Assembly (NCBI GenBank): GCA_030386295.1
Contig: JANQAO010000002.1
Span: 186,868 to 250,867 of the forward strand
Direction of reading: 5' to 3'
DNA from: Candidatus Doriopsillibacter californiensis
GTDB taxonomy: Bacteria; Pseudomonadota; Gammaproteobacteria; Tethybacterales; Persebacteraceae
Length of the DNA: 64,000 nt
Each line of letters begins with the position of its first letter. The first letter of the stretch is position 1. The position numbers were made by a program, and so were the translations under genes. The notes under the pieces were generated by a model. The model searched no databases and was not told where the DNA came from. It saw nothing but the letters and a program-made list of their open reading frames with translations. This document shows positions 9,782-19,733 of the stretch, piece by piece.

Positions 9782-10348
9782 TTATGCACGCTCCATATAT
9801 TCACCGCTATCGGTATTAACACGAATTTTTTCGCCGCTAGAAACGAACGGCGGCACCATCACCGTAATACCGGTTTCTACTGTTGCTGGCTTGTATGAAG
9901 AACTTGCCGTTGCACCTTTAGCTTGCGGATCAGTATTGGTGATTTCCAACGTTACTGATGTTGGCAATGTAATACCAATGGCACGTTCATTGTAAAAATT
10001 GACTTCAACTAACATGTCGGGCAGCATAAAACCTTCGCGTCCTTCAAACATATCAGCACCCAATGTTGTTTGTTCAAAAGACTCTTCATCCATAAACACA
10101 AAACCGTCGGCGTCTTGATACAAAAAACGCATTTTGTGCTGCTCTACGTGCGGGCGCTCAATTTTGTCATCTGTGTGCAACCGCAAACTATTTTTGGAGC
10201 CAGTTTCAATATCTTTTACTTCCACCTGCATGTAAGCACCACCGCGCCCCCCCACATGCACATGCCGCGCTCGAACTACGCGCCATAATCGCTTATCAAC
10301 TTCAATTAAAATTCCGCCTCGCACTTCAGTAGCCAATATTTTTGCCAT
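9782..10348 (-). CDS. efp: Elongation factor P
   Basis: 189 aa with EF-P KOW/OB architecture and GATASSSYKPATVETG...DSGEYMERA. The ATG at 10348 is preceded by AAGGA. Confidence 0.9.
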   Translation of the reverse strand: MAKILATEVRGGILIEVDKRLWRVVRARHVHVGGRGGAYMQVEVKDIETGSKNSLRLHTDDKIERPHVEQHKMRFLYQDADGFVFMDEESFEQTTLGADMFEGREGFMLPDMLVEVNFYNERAIGITLPTSVTLEITNTDPQAKGATASSSYKPATVETGITVMVPPFVSSGEKIRVNTDSGEYMERA

Positions 10349-10432
10349 GTTTTCCGTCCTTACCCCGTTCAAGAGATAGTAAAATAGCGATTTTAGCCCA
10401 TATTCATCTCGCGAAAGGATTTTTTCACTGGC

Positions 10433-12382
10433 ATGGAACACTCTTTGATTGTCATCATTTTGCTAGTGTTAGTAGCGGCGTTTGCGTCTGTGATGGCTCT
10501 CAACATTTTGCGCTGGCCTACCATTCCCGCCTACTTTGTCGCCGGCTTGGTTGTAGGACCAAACGGTTTGGGAGTACTACAAAGCGGTGAAAATGCTCAC
10601 TTTATCGCCGAATTCGGCGTGATTTTTTTGCTTTTTACCATCGGCGTAAAAATCAGTCTCAGTTCCTTACGCACTATGCGTCGACATGTAATCGTGCTCG
10701 GCGGCTTACAAACCGGTTTGACAATGCTAGCCTTTGCCGCACCAATATGGCTATGGAGTGGCAACGCCATTTTGTCATTACTCGTTGGTTCAGTAGCAGC
10801 CATGTCTTCAACAGCAATCATTAGTCAAATACTGATACAAGAAAACACACTCTCCTCACCTATGGGCCGTCGCGCCATGAGCGTTCTGTTGTTTCAAGAC
10901 TTAGCAGTTATTCCGTTGATTGTAATTTTTTCCACTGACGCCAATGCCGAGTCTGCGCTATATACGACTGTTGGGGTAATTCTCAAAATCTCGCTAATTA
11001 TGGGGCTCGTTCTTTTTGCAGGTGGCCGCGTTATGGCCGCCTGGCTCAACTGGGTATCACACTACGGTGACAATGAGCTATACATGCTCAATCTCATCAC
11101 AATTATTGTTGTGCTTTCGGGACTCACGGCATTTGCCGGTTTGTCCTATGCACTGGGTGCGTTTTTGGCCGGTATTTTAATGTCAGAAACGATGCATCGT
11201 TATCGCGTCATGCGCATCGTGGAGCCTTTCCGGCAATTATTTTTAGGATTCTTTTTCATGTCATTGGGAGTACTGGTCAGTCCCTCTTACCTAGCAGAAC
11301 ATTGGCCTGCTGTGTTGCTAACTGCCGTCACACTGCTAGCGGTTAAGGCACCTCTACTCTATGGTTGCGTGCGCTTGGCCGGCTCTCATCGAAAAACCGC
11401 GCTGCTGTCAACTATCTTGCTATGCGGTGCTGGTGAATTTGGTTTTTTATTGCTAACTTTGGCGCGCGGAAGCGAATTAGTAGCAGAAAACATTTTTCAA
11501 TTACTGCTTTCTGCCAATCTTCTGGCATTAATGGCGACGCCGTTTTTATGGCGACAGCGGGAAGCCATCATACGTGTCCTACGCCTTGGTGATTGGCTGA
11601 CAAACGCCCAAAATGTCACAAAGAATTTATCTAAATCACAACGCATAAACAATCACGTTATTATTTGTGGTTTTGGTCGCACAGGTCAATCTGTCGCCGG
11701 CATTTTACGAGACAGTAGCGTCCCTTATGTAGCGGTGGAGGAAAATTACATCATTTTACGTGCCGTTGGTGGTACCGATAACGTGGTGTACGGCGAGAGC
11801 ACAGGCGCCGACAGCCTCATCGGCGCTGGTATTTTGCGCGCCAAAGTGCTGGTGGTATCGTTTATTGATCCGGTGGACTCACGAAATGTAGTCAAAAAAG
11901 CACGCCTGCTTAACCGCAATTTATTTATTACTGCAAAAGCCGACACCACCAGCATGGCCAGTATTTTGCGAGAAGCCGGCGCCAATCACGTTTTTGTAGA
12001 CGCGCACGAAACCGGCTTTTCTATCGCCAAAAAATCTGCCGCCATATGTGGCGGCGCGTCGAACAAAACACTCAGTGATGCAATTAGCCGTGCTCGAGGC
12101 AAACAAAATCCTTTTTTCACCGGTGGCTTTCTCGGTGCTGATGAGAACAGCGATGCCAGCGATGAAAGTGTATCATTTGTCGGCTGTGTTGTGCGTTCAG
12201 ATGTAGATTCGCTGGCGACTGTGTTAGGTAGCTGCACCGTTATTTCATGGCTGCGCGACAGCACACATTTGGATGTAGGCGACATTGATAAACCACTACA
12301 AGTCGGCGACGAACTAGTACTGTCCGGCAAAACCATTCAACTGTTAAAAGTTAAAGACACACTGGAAAACGAGCATAATTAA
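10433..12382 (+). CDS. CPA2-family monovalent cation:proton antiporter with C-terminal RCK/TrkA domains (KefB/KefC-like)
   Basis: About 380 aa of multi-TM Na+/H+-exchanger-like domain. This is followed by a Rossmann motif VIICGFGRTGQSV and a TrkA-C-like tail. Confidence 0.8.
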   Translation: MEHSLIVIILLVLVAAFASVMALNILRWPTIPAYFVAGLVVGPNGLGVLQSGENAHFIAEFGVIFLLFTIGVKISLSSLRTMRRHVIVLGGLQTGLTMLAFAAPIWLWSGNAILSLLVGSVAAMSSTAIISQILIQENTLSSPMGRRAMSVLLFQDLAVIPLIVIFSTDANAESALYTTVGVILKISLIMGLVLFAGGRVMAAWLNWVSHYGDNELYMLNLITIIVVLSGLTAFAGLSYALGAFLAGILMSETMHRYRVMRIVEPFRQLFLGFFFMSLGVLVSPSYLAEHWPAVLLTAVTLLAVKAPLLYGCVRLAGSHRKTALLSTILLCGAGEFGFLLLTLARGSELVAENIFQLLLSANLLALMATPFLWRQREAIIRVLRLGDWLTNAQNVTKNLSKSQRINNHVIICGFGRTGQSVAGILRDSSVPYVAVEENYIILRAVGGTDNVVYGESTGADSLIGAGILRAKVLVVSFIDPVDSRNVVKKARLLNRNLFITAKADTTSMASILREAGANHVFVDAHETGFSIAKKSAAICGGASNKTLSDAISRARGKQNPFFTGGFLGADENSDASDESVSFVGCVVRSDVDSLATVLGSCTVISWLRDSTHLDVGDIDKPLQVGDELVLSGKTIQLLKVKDTLENEHN

Positions 12383-12415
12383 TTTTTGACGCGCCCCCGC
12401 CTTCTCGAAAAATTA

Positions 12416-14500
12416 TTAATTACCGTTTCCCTGCTGCCACAAAGGAATGCGCAACAGCATCCGAGCGCCGTTATTGACATTTTCTAGTCGCGCTTCACCG
12501 CCGTGCTCCTCCATCACTTTGCGCACCACCGCTAACCCTAGTCCAGTACCTTGTGTTTTGGTAGTCACATAAGGGCTAAATACCTGATCTATCAAATTTT
12601 CAGCCACACCGCCACCGTTATCTTCAATACTGAGTTGCGCATACTCATCAGCAACGCTAGTTTGCACCACAATGTGTGGCGACGGTTTGTCTAAAACCGC
12701 ATCTGAAGCATTGCCCAGCAAATTGTGCAATACCTGCCGCAGAAGCAACGCATCGCCGGCTACCGCTGGCAATTTTTCGTCCCATTTCAATTGCAATGTT
12801 AAACCGGGATATTCGTACAATTGCGCAACTTCCGCCGCTAATTGATTAAGATCTGTCGCTTTCATACGCCGACGTTGATTATTGGCATATGATCGAAAAG
12901 AGTCCACCATCTCACGCATAGCGGTAACTTGATTGGTAATTGTCGTTGACATCCGCGACAACAATTCGGCATCATCCGTTTCCAATTTTCCACCTAATTT
13001 ATTTTCCAGTCGCTCTGCCGCCAATTGAATAGGAGTAAGCGGATTTTTAATTTCGTGTGCAAAACGCTGTGACGCCTCTTCCCAAATGGCGTCCCGCTCT
13101 GCCTGTAGTTGACCGCTAATATCATCTACCACCACCAACAAGCCGCCGGCGATGGTAGTTAGCTGCCGCAAACGCACCAACAGTGTGCGCCCCTCTTCAT
13201 CTTGTGACAAACGATGTTCAGCACTAGCGACGCCGCTTGCTGTTATTTTTTTTATCATGGCAGCTAAGCTGTCCATGCCAGCCCAGTTATCCACATGCAG
13301 GCCCACAAAAGAAACCAGCGATATTTTTAATAGCTGTTCGGCACTGCGATTAGCACGAATTAAACGCCCTTGCCCGTCTAGCACCAACACTCCCGCTGTC
13401 AATGAAGATAGCAAATTTTCCAGCGATGTATTAGCTTCTGACAATGCCGCCTGCCGCTCGCTGACTTGTTGTTGTGAACGATCTAAGTCGTCCACCATAG
13501 AGTTAAAGGCATGGCTGAGCTTGGCTATTTCGTCTTCTTGATTGCCAGCGGGAAGGCGTTGATTAAAATCTCCGCGCCCTACCGCTTGTGCTGCAGCAGT
13601 AATTTTGACTAACGGTTTAACCAATTGCAATCCCAGTCGCAAAGACACCCACAAAGCGGTTGCCAGTACCATCACAAAAGATAGCGTTAGTGTCGCCATA
13701 AATGACAGCAATAACCCACGCCGTAGAATTAGTAATTTTTCATATTCGTGCCGACCGCGCTCTATCTCGCCAAGCCCGTCAGCAATACCTTCTGGCAGTG
13801 CGCGCGACACCCGCAGCGCATAACCACTACGTTGATAAGGCATGATTACAGAGACCTGCAAATCGCGACGTAAATTACCCAAACTAGAAACGGTGTGGTG
13901 CACGCTTTTTTCACGCAAAGACTCCAATACAGCGCGCTCCAAATTACCACCCAAAGAATTCCCCAAAGGACGACCGTGAACGTCAAATAGCTCCACCTCA
14001 TCAAGCTGATACAGTAACCGTAAATCGTCTAGCCAAAAAGGTAATGAGCGCCGCCCACTGCCCACTTCATTAGCGATATTACGTGCCGTTTCTTCCAGCC
14101 GGCTAAATTCTTGCCGTAATATATATTGACCAAAAGCCATGCCTTTTTCAAATGCTCTATCCAATGGTGTTGCAAACCATGATTCAATGCCGCGAAACAC
14201 ACCGCTAGCCGACACCAAATACAATGCCGTCGCCGGCACCATAGCGGTAACCAAAAACAAACCGGCCAACCGAACGGACAATCGAGATCCGGCACTATCG
14301 CGCCGCCAAGCACGCCACAAGCGCACCGCTACCGTAATGACCACAATGAGCATAATTACAATGAGCGTCACGTTTGCAATCAGTAAAGAAAAAAACCAAT
14401 CACTCACTGGTCCTAGCTCTTGAAAAGTAGCAACATGCGTAAGCGCCAGCGTCATGAGCGCCAGTGTTAGCAACCCAGCGTACCAAGTACCAGCTTTCAT
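12416..14500 (-). CDS. NtrY-like sensor histidine kinase (TM-HAMP-PAS-HisKA-HATPase)
   Basis: H-box FAHEIKNPLTPIQLAAERL, N-box HNLLGNA, G-boxes DNGGG and GTGLGL. The ATG at 14500 overlaps the upstream stop (ATGA). Confidence 0.8.
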   Translation of the reverse strand: MKAGTWYAGLLTLALMTLALTHVATFQELGPVSDWFFSLLIANVTLIVIMLIVVITVAVRLWRAWRRDSAGSRLSVRLAGLFLVTAMVPATALYLVSASGVFRGIESWFATPLDRAFEKGMAFGQYILRQEFSRLEETARNIANEVGSGRRSLPFWLDDLRLLYQLDEVELFDVHGRPLGNSLGGNLERAVLESLREKSVHHTVSSLGNLRRDLQVSVIMPYQRSGYALRVSRALPEGIADGLGEIERGRHEYEKLLILRRGLLLSFMATLTLSFVMVLATALWVSLRLGLQLVKPLVKITAAAQAVGRGDFNQRLPAGNQEDEIAKLSHAFNSMVDDLDRSQQQVSERQAALSEANTSLENLLSSLTAGVLVLDGQGRLIRANRSAEQLLKISLVSFVGLHVDNWAGMDSLAAMIKKITASGVASAEHRLSQDEEGRTLLVRLRQLTTIAGGLLVVVDDISGQLQAERDAIWEEASQRFAHEIKNPLTPIQLAAERLENKLGGKLETDDAELLSRMSTTITNQVTAMREMVDSFRSYANNQRRRMKATDLNQLAAEVAQLYEYPGLTLQLKWDEKLPAVAGDALLLRQVLHNLLGNASDAVLDKPSPHIVVQTSVADEYAQLSIEDNGGGVAENLIDQVFSPYVTTKTQGTGLGLAVVRKVMEEHGGEARLENVNNGARMLLRIPLWQQGNGN

Positions 14501-15054
14501 TCCCGAACCTCTATAGCAAATGTTTTCCAGCCTGAAAAAATCGGCCAATCATCGGTAAGCAAAGATACCTGCAGCGGTTGCGGCAGGTTTTCCAGCAACA
14601 AATCATAGCGGGTAAGTAAATACACATCCGGCACCGTGACAATACGAGCCAACCCCTCACTGTAAGACGGTGAAGCGCGTAACTTGCCCGCACGCAAGAG
14701 TACTTCGGCTAAACTATCTATTTCTTCACTGCGCTCACCTACTTTAAATGTATAGCGCCCAAGCAAAGAATCATATGATATTTCCGGTTGCCAAGTAATG
14801 TCTCCCAGCTCTTTATCGGGTAACCAGTTACGTTTTTTCATAAAACGCATTTCAAATACAAATTGCAAAGTGTATCCGCTTTTTAACAACTGTTGTAGCA
14901 AAGTTGACGGTCCGGCGGACAAGTCCGCTTGCAAAGACAATCCCTGATCCGAACGCTGAAACCACATATCACGCACCGAAAATTCTCCAGCTCGCGCAGG
15001 TAATGACAGTACCATCAGCGCTATGGCAAACAACGACAAAAAAAGGCGGTGCAT
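14497..15054 (-). CDS. Secreted/periplasmic protein, possibly DUF4390 family
   Basis: Signal peptide MHRLFLSLFAIALMVLSLPARA. It is translationally coupled to the NtrY-like kinase. The family assignment is from memory of rsmB-DUF4390-ntrY neighbourhoods. Confidence 0.45.
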   Translation of the reverse strand: MHRLFLSLFAIALMVLSLPARAGEFSVRDMWFQRSDQGLSLQADLSAGPSTLLQQLLKSGYTLQFVFEMRFMKKRNWLPDKELGDITWQPEISYDSLLGRYTFKVGERSEEIDSLAEVLLRAGKLRASPSYSEGLARIVTVPDVYLLTRYDLLLENLPQPLQVSLLTDDWPIFSGWKTFAIEVRE

Positions 15055-15746
15055 TAAATTTCCCGTAACCGCATCATGCCACGAATAGGCAAATGCGGCA
15101 CAATACGTGCGCCAGGCAGCCAGGGCTTGAGCGTATCAGCATGACCGCCAGTAATAATAATAGCGGCACCCGCTAACTGGCGGCGCCTAAATGTTAGCAC
15201 CGCACCGCTTGCAGCCAGTTGCGCCCCCACAGTCATAGCACTTATTGTATCCATTGGTGGCCAATTAGCTTGCACTGGCATTGCCAATGGTAATGACGTA
15301 GAGTCGGCTAATGCGCGTTGCATAGCGTTCAGTCCGGGTAATATAACGCCACCTAAAAATACACCGGTTGCGCTAACCGCATCAATTGTTATCGCTGTAC
15401 CAGCGCTGACAATAATTAAATCGCGAAATTGTATTCGCGCTGCCACTAATCCCAGCCAGCGATCAACACCCAGTGACTCGGGTGGCTGATAGTTGTTTTT
15501 CACTCCGGCAGTATGCGCTTGACTAATTAAAAAATTCCCTCCACCGCAAGGCGCCAGCAACGTTCGTAATCGTGCCGCCTGCTGTACACTTCCTACATGT
15601 GATACCCAAGCATCGTCTGCCTCTGCCGCCGCTTTGCTAAGTGCTTGTAAATTATTGCTGTCAGCATATTCTACAACCAATGAACTATTACCGCCCAAAA
15701 GTGCCCACTTAATGAAGCTGTTACCCGAATCAACTGCCAGCCACAT
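15054..15746 (-). CDS. coaX: Type III pantothenate kinase
   Basis: MWLAVDSGNSFIKWAL start, ASKHA-fold motifs, GTA.TID. It lies downstream of birA, as in many Proteobacteria. Confidence 0.85.
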   Translation of the reverse strand: MWLAVDSGNSFIKWALLGGNSSLVVEYADSNNLQALSKAAAEADDAWVSHVGSVQQAARLRTLLAPCGGGNFLISQAHTAGVKNNYQPPESLGVDRWLGLVAARIQFRDLIIVSAGTAITIDAVSATGVFLGGVILPGLNAMQRALADSTSLPLAMPVQANWPPMDTISAMTVGAQLAASGAVLTFRRRQLAGAAIIITGGHADTLKPWLPGARIVPHLPIRGMMRLREI

Positions 15747-16638
15747 GCGCAATTTCTCCTGACACAGTGCTTTGCAAGCGTTTGCCACAGCGCATCATCA
15801 ATGCGCCATTGTTGTCAAAACCGGCAAATACGCCGTTTTTTTTATAGTCGTTTAAAATTAATGAAAATGGCATATTCATTTTTATGCAATGCGCTCGCAC
15901 AGCATCATCTAAAAATGTCTTCATACAAGTTTGCTCAAATGCCTGCACTGCCTCACGCAAGGTTGTTGCTATAAGCGTAGCGTAATAATGGCGCGTCATA
16001 TTTTCACCCAGTGCCGCCGCCAAACCGCCAACGGGACGATCAATATGAGCTTGCAAGTGTGGTGTCATAAACAAGTTTAGTCCCACCCCGATAATAACGC
16101 TTTCTCCTGCGGTTTCAATCAGCACCCCTCCAACTTTTCGCCCCGCCGAATCCATTAAATCATTTGGCCATTTCAGCAATAACCGCTCATCTCCAGCCAG
16201 CGTCCTCCACAAAGCGGTACCTACGGCCAAAGACAAACCAGACAATTGTGGAGGAGATGGCAGGCGCATTGACATTAATATGGAAGCAGCCGGCAAAGCC
16301 AACCACGTTCGTCCACGCCGCCCACGTCCTTGCGTTTGATGTTCGGAAAAAAAATATATACCGTTATGCTGGCGCGCTAAATCGTTAGTACTGGAGGTTT
16401 CATCCGTTACGATAACATTTCCCAATGCATCGTTTAATGCGGGTAACTTCAGCCATTCCAAGCGATGCCGCAAACGCCAACACCCATCTTCTTGCACCAC
16501 TGTGCCATATATGTTTTGCAAAACGGCAAGACATTTTTTGATATCACACGACGAAATTTGTAACGCCAGCTGTTCCGTTGTCAATGCTTGACACGCCGAC
16601 AGCGCTCGCAATATTGGAATAACGCCGGTCATTGACAT
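15730..16638 (-). CDS. birA: Biotin--[acetyl-CoA-carboxylase] ligase
   Basis: GRGRRGRTW biotin-binding loop, KWPNDL, and GIGLN. Confidence 0.85.
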   Translation of the reverse strand: MSMTGVIPILRALSACQALTTEQLALQISSCDIKKCLAVLQNIYGTVVQEDGCWRLRHRLEWLKLPALNDALGNVIVTDETSSTNDLARQHNGIYFFSEHQTQGRGRRGRTWLALPAASILMSMRLPSPPQLSGLSLAVGTALWRTLAGDERLLLKWPNDLMDSAGRKVGGVLIETAGESVIIGVGLNLFMTPHLQAHIDRPVGGLAAALGENMTRHYYATLIATTLREAVQAFEQTCMKTFLDDAVRAHCIKMNMPFSLILNDYKKNGVFAGFDNNGALMMRCGKRLQSTVSGEIAHVAGS

Positions 16639-16645
16639 GATGGCA

Positions 16646-16679
16646 TCAAAAAGGGGCTTTTGCCGTAAGCAAAAGCCCC
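16646..16679 (-). terminator. Rho-independent terminator after the H1-like gene
   Basis: On the minus strand, GGGGCUUUUGC-loop-GCAAAAGCCCC is followed by UUUUUUG. Confidence 0.65.
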
Positions 16680-16695
16680 CAAAGGGATGAGAAAA

Positions 16696-17055
16696 TCAGA
16701 CCCTTTTCTTGGCTGGCCGACCAACTTTTTTCTTAATAGATTTCCCTGATTTTTTAACGGCTTTCTTAGCGACCTTCTTCGCCGCTTTTTTTACTGGCTT
16801 CTTTGCTACTTTTTTAGTGCTTTTCTTTACCGCTTTTTTAGCAACCTTTTTAGTAACTTTCTTCGCCGATTTTTTTACTGACTTCTTTGCTACTTTTTTA
16901 GTGCTTTTCTTTACCGCTTTTTTAACGACCTTCTTTGCCGCTTTTTTTACTGGCTTCTTTGCTACTTTTTTAGTGCTTTTCTTTACCACTTTTTTAGTAA
17001 CTTTCTTTGCCACTTTTTTAACGACTTTTGTTGTTTTTTTTGTTGCTGGGGCCAT
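16696..17055 (-). CDS. Lysine/alanine-rich histone H1-like nucleoid protein
   Basis: 119 aa made almost entirely of KKxxKK repeats (KKSTKKVAKKPVKKAAKK...). An SD-like GAGGAG lies upstream, and an extremely AT-rich upstream region is present. Confidence 0.7.
   Translation of the reverse strand: MAPATKKTTKVVKKVAKKVTKKVVKKSTKKVAKKPVKKAAKKVVKKAVKKSTKKVAKKSVKKSAKKVTKKVAKKAVKKSTKKVAKKPVKKAAKKVAKKAVKKSGKSIKKKVGRPAKKRV
16786..17000. repeat. Three near-identical ~54-bp copies (spacing 84 and 72 bp) inside the H1-like gene
   Basis: TTTTTTACTG(G/A)CTTCTTTGCTACTTTTTTAGTGCTTTTCTTTACC(G/A)CTTTTTTA recurs starting near 16786, 16870 and 16942. Confidence 0.8.
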
Positions 17056-17176
17056 TGAGATATCTCCTCTTTAATGGTTGAATAGTTAGCCTAAAGAAAA
17101 CACAGCCGCACAAATTAATTAATAATATAAATTTGCATAAATAATTAAATATTATTAATAATTTAATAAAAATTAA

Positions 17177-18262
17177 TCAGTCCCAGCTAAGCTTTCCTCC
17201 TGTTTGGTATTCTATCACACGCGTTTCAAAAAAGTTTTTCTCTTTTTTCAAATCAATTACTTCACCCATCCAAGGAAATGGATTACGCGCATTACTAAAA
17301 GCTGCAGGCAGACCGATTTGCTCCAAGCGGCGATTGGCAACAAAATGCACAAACTCTGTAAACATACCGCAATTTAATCCAAGCATGCCGCGCGGCATAG
17401 TTTCTTCTGCGTAGCGACATTCCAGCGATGCTGCTATTTTCATCATACCCACCACTTCAGCTTGAAACTCTGGCGTCCACAGGCGAGCATTTTCTATTTT
17501 AATTTGATTAATAACATCTATGCCAAAATTTAAGTGTAATGACTCGTCGCGCAAAATATACTGTACTTGCTCAGAACAACCCGGCATTTTATTTTGTCGT
17601 CCCAAAGACAAAACTTGCACAAAGCCAACATAAAAGAATAATCCTTCCATAATCATAGCAAAGGCAATTAATGATTTTAATAATTGCTGGTCAGCTTCAA
17701 ATGTGCCGGTATTAAATTTGGGGTTGGTAAGCGTGTCAATATATTCTAGGCAAAAAGCGTCTTTATCATGCACACAAGGCACTTCCATGTACATGTTAAA
17801 TATCTCTCCTTCGTCCAGCCCCAGCGACTCAATAATGTATTGATAAGCATGTACGTGCACTGCCTCTTCAAATGCTTGCCGCAATAAATATTGTCTACAT
17901 TCGGGATTTGTGATGAGGCGATAAGTGCCAAGTAATATATTATTGGCGGCAAGCGATTCGGCCGTAGCAAAGAAACCAAAATTTCTTTTTAACATGTGCC
18001 GTTCATCCGGATTCAATGCGTTGCCACGCCACTGCTCAATATCTCGTTGCATGGAAACCTCATTGGGCATCCAATGATTGGCGCAGCTATTAAGATACTT
18101 TTTCCACGCCCACTGATATTTAATCGGCATTAATTGATTGACATCGGCGCGACAGTTAATGATGCGCTTATCATCTACTTTGACGCGGCGAAAAGTTTCT
18201 GGACTGGGTTGTGGGTGAACAAGCACCTTTTCTTCCTCATCGTTCCATTGTAGTGTAGTCAT
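17177..18262 (-). CDS. nrdB: Class Ia ribonucleotide reductase beta subunit
   Basis: Di-iron/tyrosyl radical protein motifs (EAVHVHAY..., ESLHLNF). C-terminal tail ...[11 protein letters not shown]. Confidence 0.95.
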   Translation of the reverse strand: MTTLQWNDEEEKVLVHPQPSPETFRRVKVDDKRIINCRADVNQLMPIKYQWAWKKYLNSCANHWMPNEVSMQRDIEQWRGNALNPDERHMLKRNFGFFATAESLAANNILLGTYRLITNPECRQYLLRQAFEEAVHVHAYQYIIESLGLDEGEIFNMYMEVPCVHDKDAFCLEYIDTLTNPKFNTGTFEADQQLLKSLIAFAMIMEGLFFYVGFVQVLSLGRQNKMPGCSEQVQYILRDESLHLNFGIDVINQIKIENARLWTPEFQAEVVGMMKIAASLECRYAEETMPRGMLGLNCGMFTEFVHFVANRRLEQIGLPAAFSNARNPFPWMGEVIDLKKEKNFFETRVIEYQTGGKLSWD

Positions 18263-18282
18263 ACGTATTCCTCTTTTTGTCG

Positions 18283-19722
18283 TTATGTTAATAATTCAGG
18301 CGTTAGTTTTTCCAAATCTCCATTTTGCCTCTTCTTTTTAAAGCACTCTGGCCATTTTTCTTTATTTGTCGGATGTACTTTCAGCCACCTTGAATTTTCT
18401 GAGTGCTGAATTTTTGAAACTTCTATTGCATCATCCTTAGAAATAATCCATCCATGAGGCTTAAAAGGCGAAATTCCGAGTAAAAATAAATAGTCATACT
18501 CTTTATCTTTTTTTATTTGTTCAAATGTATATGCACCGCTTTCCCAAAGAAAAGAAAGCTTAACTGCCATTTTTTTATCGTTTACTTCTATTATTTCATT
18601 TTTCGGTTTAACAGAACATTTCACCCAATATTCAGACAAAAATTTAGTAACAAGTTCCCTTGCCTTTTTCCCTTTAGTAGCAGGGGCCGCTATATGTAAC
18701 CATTCGTAAGGGCTCCCCTGCCATTCTTTGCGAATTTTACAGCTGCTTTTTAGCTCAAAAGAAGCATGGTCAAAAATATTATCCGCTTTACAATTTTCTT
18801 TACTTACAGCGTCAGATATATCAGAGGCGTCATTTAGTCTCCTAAGCACCACCTCATAAGATTCTTGACTACTATCAATTAAGATATATTTTCTTCTCGT
18901 TTTTTTAGCTGCTTCTCCCAGCGTTCCGCTACCTGCAAAAAAATCCAATACGGTATCCCCAATTTTGGAATGTGTTACAACTATGCGTTTGACGATATCC
19001 AACGGTTTCTGCGTTGCATAATTGACTCTTTCCTTACCGTTGGTCGGTACAATCGTTTGCCACCATACATCTGTACTCAACAAGAAGTCTGTCCCCCATA
19101 CGTCTGTCGGTTTCTTTCCTTTGGCTGCTTTTTCTGCTGATACCAACCCCGGTGCCATGTATGGAATGCGGTCTATATCATCATAGTTAAAAATATAATT
19201 GTCAGGGTCTTTGGCAAACCAATAGATGTTATCGTGTTTAGCCGGCCATTTATTCTTTCCTCGGCCACCAAAGTCATACGCCCAAATAATCTCGTTAATA
19301 CAGTGCGAGCTCCCGCCAAAAATCTCTTCTAATAACAAGCGACAGTTGGCCGCCTCTCGCCAGTCAATATGAAAAAACAGACTGCCGTTAGGCTTCAAAA
19401 TGCGATGCGCTTCTTGCAAGCGCGGTTGTAAAAAGCCAGTAAAATCATCAAAAGAGTCGGCGTAGCCAGATTTTCCGATAACCGTAGAATGATAACGATT
19501 ACCGCAAAATCCCGTACGGTCACCTTCGCCACCATTAATGCGTGTGGTTTTAATTCGTGTGCGGCTTTGTTTTTTACCCGTATTAAACGGCGGATCTATG
19601 TAGATTAGAGAAACTGTTTCAGATTTTATTTGTTTCAATAACGGCAGATTGTCGCCCAACAACATTTCCCCCCCGCCGGGAAGGCGTTTCTGTTTTGTGG
19701 CAAGCTCTTTCAAGGTAGGCAC
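18283..19722 (-). CDS. Beta-class N6-adenine (or N4-cytosine) DNA methyltransferase with an extra ~170-aa C-terminal domain of unknown function
   Basis: Motif [10 protein letters not shown] lies N-terminal to motif I FFAGSGT, which is the PF01555-type order. The C-terminal 170 aa (from about ISDAVSKEN) carry no MTase motifs and are encoded by visibly more AT-rich DNA. Confidence 0.85.
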   Translation of the reverse strand: MPTLKELATKQKRLPGGGEMLLGDNLPLLKQIKSETVSLIYIDPPFNTGKKQSRTRIKTTRINGGEGDRTGFCGNRYHSTVIGKSGYADSFDDFTGFLQPRLQEAHRILKPNGSLFFHIDWREAANCRLLLEEIFGGSSHCINEIIWAYDFGGRGKNKWPAKHDNIYWFAKDPDNYIFNYDDIDRIPYMAPGLVSAEKAAKGKKPTDVWGTDFLLSTDVWWQTIVPTNGKERVNYATQKPLDIVKRIVVTHSKIGDTVLDFFAGSGTLGEAAKKTRRKYILIDSSQESYEVVLRRLNDASDISDAVSKENCKADNIFDHASFELKSSCKIRKEWQGSPYEWLHIAAPATKGKKARELVTKFLSEYWVKCSVKPKNEIIEVNDKKMAVKLSFLWESGAYTFEQIKKDKEYDYLFLLGISPFKPHGWIISKDDAIEVSKIQHSENSRWLKVHPTNKEKWPECFKKKRQNGDLEKLTPELLT

Positions 19723-19733
19723 AACAGATTATG

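Noticed and set aside
16709-17074. A 121-aa Phe-rich ORF on the plus strand. Similar long antisense ORFs occur at 4651-5118, 23576-24052, 44308-44862, 49357-49941 and 53080-53715.
   Set aside because: Each lies entirely antisense to, or out of frame within, a confidently identified gene. Their composition is low-complexity or mirror-image and they lack plausible RBSs, so they are treated as shadow ORFs.
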